Position numbers and translations under genes: made by a program | Source: Euglena gracilis | Lineage: Eukaryota | Length of the DNA: 64,000 bases | Assembly (NCBI GenBank): GCA_039621445.1 | Contig: CP154954.1 | Span: 32,961,455-33,025,454, forward strand | Direction: 5' to 3' | Shown here: positions 1 to 36,900 of the stretch, piece by piece | Numbering within the stretch: position 1 is the stretch's first letter | Layout of the letters: every line of letters begins with the position of its first letter | Notes under the pieces: generated by a model | Seen by the model: only the letters and a program-made list of their open reading frames with translations | The model's database searches: none | What the model was told of the DNA's origin: nothing

Positions 1-639
1 CACTGGGCACCACAAAACAGGGGGGACAGCGACAGGTACAACAGCTTCACCTGACGAGGGTTCGCCCTTGCGATACAGCGTTTCGTGTCGCACCAACTTC
101 GGCAGACGGGGGTTTCCACACGGTCGGCGGAGGTGGTAAACCGTCATTTTCAAAACGAAAAATGTCGGTTTACCCAGAAAAAAACCCGGGGGTCGAAAGC
201 AGTGGTACTAATTTTGGTACCACGGGTTCCAGCTGACGGGTGCGCCGCCCCGTCAAGTGATGGCGACACATTTGGTCAAAAAAGAATGTGCAGGTGCGTA
301 AAAAGCCACCAAAAATGAAAAGTGCATTCCCGGCCGTTTAAATAAACATTCCAAGACACACTTCTTAAAGGCGTCAAAGCAAAGCTTAAAATTTAATAAA
401 ATCCCACTTCTTTTGTTGCCTTGCTTTTTTTGTGTCCTTTTTGAGCAAATAAAAAGAAAACTAACCAGAAAAAAGTTCAGAAATGGGAGAAAATAAAATA
501 ATAATAAAATAATAAAATATAAATAAACGGGAACAAATGAAATATAAATACATCTGTTCAAACCTTCAAAAGTTAAACTACCGAGAAAAAAGTCGATGTC
601 GATGGGGGGGGCAGGCACCCAGGAAAGCGAGGGGCACAC

Positions 640-26164
<25,525 letters not shown>

Positions 26165-26391
26165 GCGCCATCCACCCCTGGGGCCGGGGAGGCTGCGGGG
26201 GCGGGGGGGGGGGGCACGGGGAAGCGTGGCCCCGGGGTTGCCGCTGCTGCCGGCCCGTTGGATGCCGTGGTGGGGGGTGGGTGAGAGCCTGGGTTGACCT
26301 CGAAGCAGGGGGCCGTACAAAAAGGTTGGCCGACAAATACCATGACTCCCAAATAAAGCACCCCTGCCTCTACTGTCAAATAAAACACGGG

Positions 26392-26696
26392 GTCGGGTTC
26401 TTTAAGGACCCGGAGGGGGGTCCCGCAGGCTGGCTGGAAAAAGGTGTTGGCAGGGGGGGGGGAAGCGTGCTTGCTGGACCCCCCAAGGGGTCCAGCTGGC
26501 TGGCAGCTGGGCAGGTGGCGGCCGGGCTAGCACCCTAAAAACAGGCAAAAAAAAGCCAAAATTTGAAGGTGGCCCAAATTTTGCTTCAGTGGACCCCCCA
26601 GGAAGGTCTGTTGCCTGCTGGGAGCTTCTGGCTGGGGAAAAAAGGTGCTGGCTGGACCCCCCGGGGGCAGGGTCACTCTGGTTTAAGAAACTCCTG
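26392..26696 (-). mobile_element. Intergenic MITE of the same family as intron 3123-3308 and element 55046-55545
   Basis: The reverse complement reads CAGGAGTTTCTTAA..CAGCCAGCACCTTTTTTCCCCAGCCAGAAGCTCCCAG, matching the intron's internal sequence. The left boundary is approximate. Confidence 0.7.
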
Positions 26697-27116
26697 CTGG
26701 GGGGTGCATTCTGGCAGGGTGGAGGCTGAGAATATATTGTACATATGGGGAGGGGGCGGTGTGCCACTGGCAGGCCCCGTGATATTCAAAAAGGCTTCTA
26801 AAAAAAACCCTGCAAAACCTTGAATGCCCGGCTGTTTTGCCATGAATTATGCAACCACGGTTTACCATGTTACTAAGCTGTGCAGCAGGCAGGACGTTGG
26901 GGAGGGGAGTGAGGCCGAACTGCGGCCGGCCAGTCCTAACCATAACCCTATGCCTTCACTAACCCCAGGGTGGCCACCAGCCGTCCCATTGGATACCCCC
27001 CGGGGGGGGAGGGATCAAAGAGTACACTTGTCGTATATAATATATAAATGTTCTATGAACAACATAATATATATATGTATATAATGCATATATGCATATA
27101 ATGCATATAATAATGC

Positions 27117-27147
<31 letters not shown>

Positions 27148-27459
27148 GTGCATATATATCCATATATAAGCCAGACCTGGGTGAAACATGGACAGACAGA
27201 GGATGTGGCAGCACCCTTTTCATGTTTATCGGGGCAGCAAACATTATACGCTCGTCACTCTATGGAAGGCTGCCCACTGAAGGGAGAGGTGCAAACAGCT
27301 CAGCTCAGACCACAGAAAGACGTGATATGTTCCAAAAACCCTCACCTTCCTCGTGCCGATGGCGGTTGAAAGCACAGCACACGAAGAAGTGATGTATCTG
27401 CACACAAGGCAGGCAGCATCACACGAGGCACCGGCCACAAAGTGAGCCAGTGGCGCGGG

Positions 27460-27814
27460 TCACTCGTGCCAGTAGGGGTACACCTGAAACTGAGTGTACA
27501 GCGCCCGCATCGTACCGTCCGGCCCCGGTTTGTCATAATGCAGGCGATAAAAGCAGGGGTCGCAGAAGAACGTCTCCGCCAGGGGGCCCTCGCTTCCATT
27601 ACCCAACATCTGGCACCCGCCCAACATCAATATGCCGATCAGCATGACAGCCCAACACCCCAAATGGCCCTATTGGGCAGGGGGACCGACGGTCCACTTT
27701 AAAGCTTGATATTATATATATAATATATATATTACATTTAAAGATATATATATATATTATAATAATATATAAAGATATATATATTTATTATATATATTTA
27801 TTATATATATTTAT

Positions 27815-27903
<89 letters not shown>

Positions 27904-30900
27904 AAGCTTGATGGGGCCGCCAGGCACTCATATCTGCTGCTTGCACGACCACCACGGCCAAAATGAAATGTACACCGGGGTTTGAGGAATAAAACGTTTG
28001 GTAGCTGGCTCGTTTGCAGACGTGGCAGGGCAGGAAGAGAGACCTGCAACAGCTGCAGTTCAACTCTACGAGGTTTTCTGACTCTGCACTCCCCCTCCCG
28101 GAGGCCCCCAGTCAGGCATTTCTTTTAAAGCGCCGTAAAAATCCTCAAAAAACCTTTAAAAACCTTAAAAATCCCCAAAAAATCTTCCAGGAAAAAATTT
28201 CAAATCTCGAGCAAGAAAAAAGAAGTCGCAAAATCTCGGCAAAAACAAGTCAACTCTGGGGGGGGGGGGATGATTTCTGGATTTTCAGGGCATCGCTGGA
28301 ACATTGTCCATCCACTCAAAACTTGAAACAATGGGTTTGTTCTGACTTTTTGATTTTCGATTTTGACCGACATTAGATGCCTGGATGGCTCTTTGACTGC
28401 CCTTGGAAAACAGATGCATTAAAACATTAAAATGCCTTAAAAAACTTTTATAAACCCTATTTTTTGAAAATTTCGCCTTAAAAATAAAAGTCAATAAATA
28501 AATGAATAAATATATAGAGAGATAAATAGATAGATAGATAAATAAATAAATAACCCCCCCCTAATAGATGCACGGGGCCGCTACAAGCCCAGGGTCCAAA
28601 TAGAAGCGCACCCCCCGCCGCCAAAGGCGGCGGTCCGCTACAAGCGCACCCCCTATTTTGATGGGATTTCTAAAGGAAATCAACAAAAATCGAGAAGGTA
28701 GGGTCCAAATAGAAGCGCACCCCCCCGCCGCCGGAGGCGGCAGTCCCCTATAAGCGCACCCGTGCTTCTATTAGGAGGGGGGGTTTAATACTAATACTAA
28801 TACTAACACTAATACTAATACTAATACTAATACTAATACTAATACGAATACAAATACGAATACTAATACCAATACTAATACCCCCCCCCTATGTCCAATG
28901 ACCGGTAACCTCTGTCCTCTGACCGGGGGGGGGTGGTCGTTGGACATAGGGTAGTGACCAAAAAGGTGTCCTCTGACCGGGGGGGGGGTGGTCGTTGGAC
29001 ATGGGGTCAAAAGAAAGTTGGTGGGTACCCGGGTCCCTACCCACCCAAAAATGCCCAAATTTTCCCTTTCGGCGCTTTGCGCCGAAAATTTTGGGCAATT
29101 TTGACAAATTTTTGTCCAAAAAGTGTCAAAAATGGCATTTTGGCCAAATTTTTGGCCAATTTTTGGGCAAAATTTTTGACCAAAAATTTGGTCAAACCTC
29201 CGAAAAGGACACGCTTTGGCAGACACACACCGCCTGCAGTGGGTACGATACCAGTGGATGCAGAGGAGTCCCTGGCCGGGCTGTCCACACACAGCTGGTC
29301 GTTGTACGTCACCTTCTTCGCGTTGCGGACGTCGCACACGCCGCACCGCCGCACCCGCGGCTTGAGGCAGAACACGCGGTCCGGGTACGTCGAGCGGCGG
29401 GTGGCGTCCCGCCTGCCGGCTGCTGCCCTCATGCCTCTCACGGGGGGGGGGGGATTGATATCGATGGCCTTCAGGAAAATTGAGAAAAAATCGCGGAAAA
29501 TTGCGAAAAAAATCGCGGAAATTGCAGAAAAATTGCGGAAAATTGCAGAAAAATTGCGGAAAAATTGCGGATATCAATCCCCCCCCCCTGCACCTCTGCC
29601 TGCCGGCGCTGCTGATGCCGCCGTTTCTGCCTGAACAGAATTCTTTTGGAGTGGACAATCGCTTCTGCTGGTGGCTTGATGGGGGATAAAATGCATGCGG
29701 ACAGGCCCCCTCCGAATCAGAAAAGGCGGGATTTGGTACTTCCACACATTTCTTGGTCGGCGTTGTAAATTCCAGGAAACCAACAGGAGGGCGTGGGAGG
29801 AGGGAGGAAATGATTTCCACAGCCACGGGCTGGCAGGGGGGCAGCAGGGCGGGGTGCAGCAGGCGGACTGCAGTGAACACGACGTAGTGCGCACAGCCGC
29901 CGGCGTGGACGTAGAAGTATCGCTCCCCGAGCCGGACACGGGGCGGCCGTGGAGACAAACGTCGGGTTAACCCCCAGCTGTGACGGGACGACTCCCTTCG
30001 TGTTCCCGATGCCCAAACACCAACGTGAACAACGTGAAAAACGGATGCATGGTGGTGTAATATGATGGAAGCGCATGACCGCCACAAACGGTGCAATCAG
30101 TGGGATCGGAAAGAACGGGGCAAAGAAAATTCTGTTGGAGGGCGGGGGACACAATCCGACGGCCGCGGTGGACAACTGATTGAAGGTGACGTCCTGCATG
30201 GAGAGCGTCGGGAACGGCTCCTTCCGCGCGGAATCCTTGTTTGGGAACCACTGGAAAGACTGGATGAGCTGCGAGTAGTCACTGCTGCCTGGGGCGAGAC
30301 AGCAAGGGGCAGGCAGGGCGGCGCTGGATGACCCTTTCAGAGACTGGGGCGGCTGGACCAGCCCCCGGGCTGTCGGATGGCGTAGGCGAAAAAAATTGCA
30401 ACGGTACGAACCTACTGTGCTGGTACCAAACTGCAACACAATTCTCTCTGAATGCAGAGCCGGGACCTAATGGAATCCATTCATTATGGGACAGTAACAC
30501 AAGAGGGGACAACATCACCGACAGAGGAACTTGGTGTGGGAAAAAATGAGTCTCACACCTTCCATGGACATGTCGCTGTAAAACGCGTTGTTGATGAAAA
30601 AGCACGCTGACCGTTGGCACGCCTCGGACACCTTGCTGTTGGGGTCTGGCCCTGGCACACAGTGGAGAGGGTCCGGCCGCAGGCCGTGCAACAGTGGGTC
30701 TGCTGGAAGGTCGTGTGGCTGGCCCTCAGCCACACAACATACGTGGGTAGCACATGTACTTTGCTTAAGCTGAGACAAAATAAAAATGCTGTGCGATACG
30801 GTTTGGCACTAATATCTGATTCTTCCAGATACAACGTTGTTTAACGACCACCCTCTTGGGGGGTCCAAATAAATCAGAGGCTGGAAAATTTGGGGAGGCT

Positions 30901-33900
30901 GGAAAAGGGCTGCGGGTTGACCCTTAATGGGGCCACCCCCGGCTGGAATGGGTGTAAACTGCAAAAATCCCCCCCCCAAAAAGCTGTCAGTTATGTAAAA
31001 AAAATCGATTTTTTTGACCCCAAATTTGCCCTGGCCAGCCCAAATTCGACCATTTTAGGCAATTTGTACCTCTGAAGGCAAAGCGATCTGTTACCATCCA
31101 GCCGGCAGGACAATAAACATAACATAATAAAACTCGTCGTTTGGGTGGAATTCCAAGGCTAGAATTAGGCTGCTGGCTGGCTGGGCCCCCATGGATGCTG
31201 GGCCCCACAGGCCTGACTGATGCCCTGGTTCCAGAATCTCACGCTGTGCATATGGTCTGGAACTTTTCTTCCCTAAAGTGATGTCCCAAATTGGACGACC
31301 AAAAATTTCACAGTTGGGAGGAAATCATCCAAATATCATCATATCAGCGCTTGCTGCATTTGTTTCATTTTGGCTACTGTTTGAGTTTTGGAACAGGACG
31401 GTCTCCCATATCGGACAGAGCACAAAGACCCGTTGTCTGATTCAGGTTCCAAATTGGGAGTCATTGCAATGCTGTGATATGCCACAGAGCATGTTTTTTT
31501 GAGCTATTGCATTATGTCACATTCATGACACTGACACAATAACGTCCCGGAAGTGGAGACCGGCCCTGCCGCACATTGACGTGCAAGTCCCCCCCCCCCC
31601 GGAATGTGCCGGCCCGGGCGGTGACGCAGTAGATCGCCCGCCGCAGGGCCAGCAGGGGCTGGGAGCCGAGCACCTTGAACGCCTCCTGCCGCGAGGACCG
31701 CGTCGGGTGGTACACCTCCACCTCCACCACCACCTCTGTGGGGGCCCTGCCCCGGCCTGTGCAACTGACAGACCCCCCCTCCCAATTGGCAGGACAGTGA
31801 CGCCTCTTCCACCATTTGCAAACATTCCCCGCCGGGGCAACAATTGGGGAGGCTCTCCAGCCCACTCAAACACATGCCTTTTTCTCGAACGCACAAAAAT
31901 GAGCTCCCAATGAACATCCCCCAAACGCACCATGAAAAAAACAATAAACCCCCATCTCCATCCCCTGGCTTGGATTTGGCAGGATTTTAAGACCCTTGGG
32001 GTGAACGTTTGAATGACCCCCTTTGGGTTTTTGTGCCCTGATTTGAGGTCGATTGCCATCTACCATTCTAGGTTTTCAGTGTGCACCTTTCAGTTTTTCC
32101 CACCATGTGTATCCCCTGAAAAAGCTTCTTTCCAATGACGTTCGCATTTCCAGGGCAGGTAGGGGTCAGACTGGAGCCCCCCCAGCAGGTGGAGGAATGG
32201 AACCGCCCTCTGATCCTAGGAAGGGGAAGGAATACCACTCCACCTAAACCTGTACACCCTCCTTATATCGAACCCCGTGCTATGGGCAGGAAGGGGGCGG
32301 GCATTTTCAACCCCCCCGGAGGGGGTCGGGTTTCAGAGTGTGTTGCCCCCCCCCCCCTACGCCAAAGGCGCTGGGAACCTGAAAATGGCCATTTTCAGGG
32401 GAAATGGCTTGGTCGGCAGGCACCGGAAGCCCGGGAGTGGAATATCCCCTCCAGCCCTCTTGTCTGACACCAAACCCTGGCTGAGACCCCTTCGAGTTTG
32501 AAATGCGGCACCTGCAAGGTATGTGCATGGCATTTCCCATCCACCCACCCACTGGATCCCAGAAAATTTGGAATGCTGACTTTTAGTTGCCTGAGCCTCC
32601 ACGGAGGCTCCACAGAAGAGTGATTACCCGGATCCTCCGTGGAGACTCCCCGAAATCTCCGCTGGTTTCCTCCTGGAGCCTCCTCGTCGATAACCAAATC
32701 TGTGCAAAGACCGAAAAAAATTTCCGAGTTCACCCCCACACCCCCCCTACTGCTGATGATGATGAAATCGAAAATAACAAATAGAAGGATTAAATTTTTT
32801 TCGGTTTTAGCCCCCTCCCCCACACCCCTTACACCCCCCCGACAATTTGCTTCTGATGATGAAAACAAAAATTGCCAAAAGAACAGAAAATTTTGTTTTG
32901 ACCCCCACTGGCAATTATGATGATGATGAAATGGAAAATGCCAGAAAATAATGAATGTTTTTTCGTTTTACCCCTCCAACACCTCGCTGATGATGGTGCG
33001 AACTGAAAAAAATGCGTTGTCCGCCACTTTGTCCACACTGTCCACCTGCCCGCTAAAACCAACCACCCCCCCCCCCCCCGGGCGGGAGCACAAGGCACCC
33101 CTCGGTAAAAAGAAGCTGATCCCCCGTCCCTATTCAATCCAAATGCACATACTAACAGTTGGGGCTCAATGTTACAACCCTGGAGGGGTTTATTGTATGT
33201 CCCCCACCCCCCACCCCCCGGCAGGGCAGGGGGAGGCGGGCAGCGGCTCCTCGTCCTCCTCCGCCTTCACCACCGGCCGGCCGTGGGCCACTGCCACATT
33301 GAGGTTGCCGTCCCGCTTGGGCAGCGCCTTGGTGTTGAGCTGCTGGCCCCAGGGCCGGGCCAAGGGGCCGAGAAGCAACAGCAACTTCCCGCCCAAAACT
33401 CACGGGTCTGCCGGGACGTCAGGCGGGAGGGGAGGAATCGACATTGAAGGCTTTCAAAAAAATCGTGGAAAATACCGGAGTGTTGATGGAGGGGACCTAG
33501 AACCTCCAGATATTTTCATTGTGAAACATTGGTGTAGGTTTGAACCGTCCTTCGCATTTGTTTTTGAACAAAAAACCCCCAAAACATGATTTTTGTAATT
33601 TGGGAACAAACTGATCCCCTGGCCCTAAAACTATGGAATTTTTTTTGGCCCCCCCAAAACCCTAAAAATGTCAAATATGCCAAAAAATTGACAGAAAAAA
33701 TGGTGCTGCGGAAAAAACTTGGTCCAATATGCAAAATTCTTTGAAGTTTAAACCTCGCAGCAGAAGTCAAATTTAATAAAAACCAAAACCCAAAAGTACC
33801 CAAAAGCCAAAGGTTAATATTGAAAGCACCACCTCCCGCCGCGGGGGGGGGGGTAGAAGGCTGCCATTTCGATTTTTTCCCCATTTGTCCCCTTTTCGTC

Positions 33901-36900
33901 CACATCAGGCCATTGCTTGAGGACCGGGGGGGGGTCCACTGGCTGGCCATTTTGTTAGACACTGGAAAAATGGACGAGCTAGACCCCCCTGGGGGGTCCT
34001 GGGGGGTCCCCCGACCGGAAAGAAGTTTTCCTCCGGCGCTGTGTGCTGAGGCGGAAATGAGTTCCCAAAAAACTTTTGGCACTTTGCGCCAGTCACTGAA
34101 AAAAAATTTCCACTAGTCAGCCCTCTGGTCCACCAGAATTCCCGCCAGCCAAATTTGGCCAAGCTACACTCCAGCCAGTACTGCAAACCCTCGAGCAAAG
34201 GCCTGGTCCACATCCACTTGATTCCTGCATCCTGAAATGAGCCCCAGCCATTCTCCAAATGGTTTTCATAGCAGGGGGGCGGGTGGTTGGTAATTTCTTT
34301 TTTTCATTTTTGTTGCATTTGCTTTTGGCGAGGGTTTTCGGTGCTAGTTTTTTGGGGGGGGGCTTAGCCATGCAGCCCCCCCCCCCCCTTCCCCAGGCAC
34401 ACAGCCGTCATCCGTAGCATGAGGGCGCCGAGTCCTGTTCGGCCGGCGGGCTGCAGGGAGAGGAGCGGCGAGGGGTGGTCCCGGCCATGGCGGCACTCGG
34501 CAGCCCCCTCCCCGAAGCAGGGCGGTCCTTAAGCAAAAAAAAAAAAAATCCCGTCCCGGCACAGCCGAGAAATTTTTTTGAAAATCCATGACCGAAAAGT
34601 GGCCGTATTTTGCCCGAAACGGGTCGACTTCGGGAAAAAAAGTGATTCCTGGCACTTTTGGAACATCGCCCATCCGCCCATAGCGTCAAAAATTGCGTTT
34701 TTCGACTTTTTGGTTTTCGACCCCCGTTCAAGTCCCGGTGATCCTTGGTCGGGGGGGCGGTCCTTAAGGGGCGGTCCTTAACGAAAAAAAAAAAAACTTC
34801 CCGTCCCTTATGGACCGCCCTGCCCCGAAGCACAAGGGGTTCTGACACAACGCAAAGGCAATCCACCCGCCAAGGGTGCTTCGTCCGTTCCGCCCCCTCC
34901 CGCCTGCCCAGCTGGGACCCAATCCCTCTGAGAGCGAGAGGGCCGGGAACCACCGCCGGGGAACCCGAGGGCCATCAGGGCCGGGGGAGCCGTACACCTC
35001 CTGCTCCACAGAGCGGTAGGTGGGCACCGTCTCCGGGGGAATTGGCTGCAGGACCTTTCCAAAAGAGGATTTGCAGGAAGATAGGCTCCATCGGTGTGGT
35101 TCGACTACCCCCCCCCCAATACCCCAAAGGCCCTCCCTGGACAATTGAGCAAAAATCACCCGCCCAAATAGACCCCAAATTTAACCCCCCCCCCCTGACC
35201 GTGGATGGAACCTTCCTTAAAAATTACTGAACATCGCTTTCAGACATAAAACACGACAAAAACGCTGATACTTTCGGCGTTTCAAGACCCCCCCCCAAAA
35301 TCATATGGCATTTCTGCGTTCAACTGTAAACAGATTCTGCGAAGCACCGAAGGATGACCTTTTGTTTTTTTTTGGGTCCCAAAATGATGCTTTTTTGCGG
35401 CTGGGCTGGTCAAGCAAAGCTCGTTCCTGAAACGTATGCCGATGGGCGGCAGAACGTATGCCATTCGGAGCCGATGGGCGGCAGAAATGGCACGCCATTC
35501 TGGACCTAGACAGGGCCCACTGCGTCATACTCACCCATTTGCACACGGACGGTGGGCGGGAGGCCACGCCCTGGCCATGGCGTCCATACAGGACCGCGCC
35601 GCGCCGTAGTCCGGGTGCCGCTTCGCCTGTGCCTGCAGCTCCAGCAGGCGGCGGTGCAGGCGCTCGAAAGGCGTCACGCACTGCAGGCCCTCCAGGCTGC
35701 CGCCAGGCCGCGGCCCTGGCTGCCCGTTTTGGGGGGTACGGGTTGACAGAAGACCAGGTGGGGGGGGGGGCGAACCCCATGGGCTCTATCTCTGTGTCTG
35801 GACCTGGGGGGTCCCCCGTCAGGGCAGAACCAAACAGGGGGTGATCGGGGCAGAGTCCATCCTTTTTACAGCCGACAGACACAATTGTTGGAACCGGCCG
35901 GACATTTTGGTGACCCCCGCCGGGCAGGAAATGGGAGAATAGAGGACACTTCTATAGGGCCCCCGGGGACATGAATAGTTGACCCTCTGACCCATGAAAT
36001 TTAGGCCCTGGTGGACAATTTTGCAGGGAAACCTGTTTGAAACAATCTGATCCAAGGAACTTAAAATTTGACAGAAGATGCTGACGTTCAAATGGAATTG
36101 ATGGGAAAGTCTTCAAGAGTCTGCATATTGGTCGTACAAGATGACTTCGCATCTTCCACCCAAAAGGTGGGACAAAGGTAGCTCTCAAAGTTTCACAAAT
36201 GTGGGAGGTGAAAGAATCATCCAACGACTGCTCCAAAGCTGTTCCGCAAGTGTTTCACATTGGAATGCCATACATTCACACAAATGGCCACAATTCACAT
36301 TAAAATTTTCTCTGACAGCAACTCTAGGGTATCAACCTCTTCTCAAAGTCTTCCCAAAGCAACATCTTGTGTTCACATTGGACCAGAAAAAAAAACAGCT
36401 TTCTGATCACTGCGCATAATGCAAAGCCAGAGGCACCAGTGAATGTGTCGGGACGCACTGCTTTTTCAAAAACATTTTGGGGCTCTGCAGTCACCTTCAA
36501 AAAAATTCAGTGAAAAATAATAAAAAAAACAACAAAAGGGGTTTGGGGCTTTTTATGATTTTTTTTTAAAAAAAACAAAAAAAAAACGCCAGCTGTGGAA
36601 CCAGACAGGGGGGGGGCGGACATCCCCAATCCTATGTGCCAAACTAAACCTGTCCACCTAAAAAACCATAAAAATGAATTTTTAAACTTTTCAAGAAACC
36701 TTACCAACGTGTCACAAATGATTTCCCAATGTTCAGAAAAAAGCTGCGTGGTTGATCTGGGACACAAAATCGATAATATCATCTGGGTTTGATGGATCAC
36801 AGATCATCCCAGTTGACGAACGTGCAGTATTGAAAATGGCCTTTTTCTTTTTGATAATATTAGATGTGGCCCGGATGGCATTTCCCCCTCCCCCTCATTG

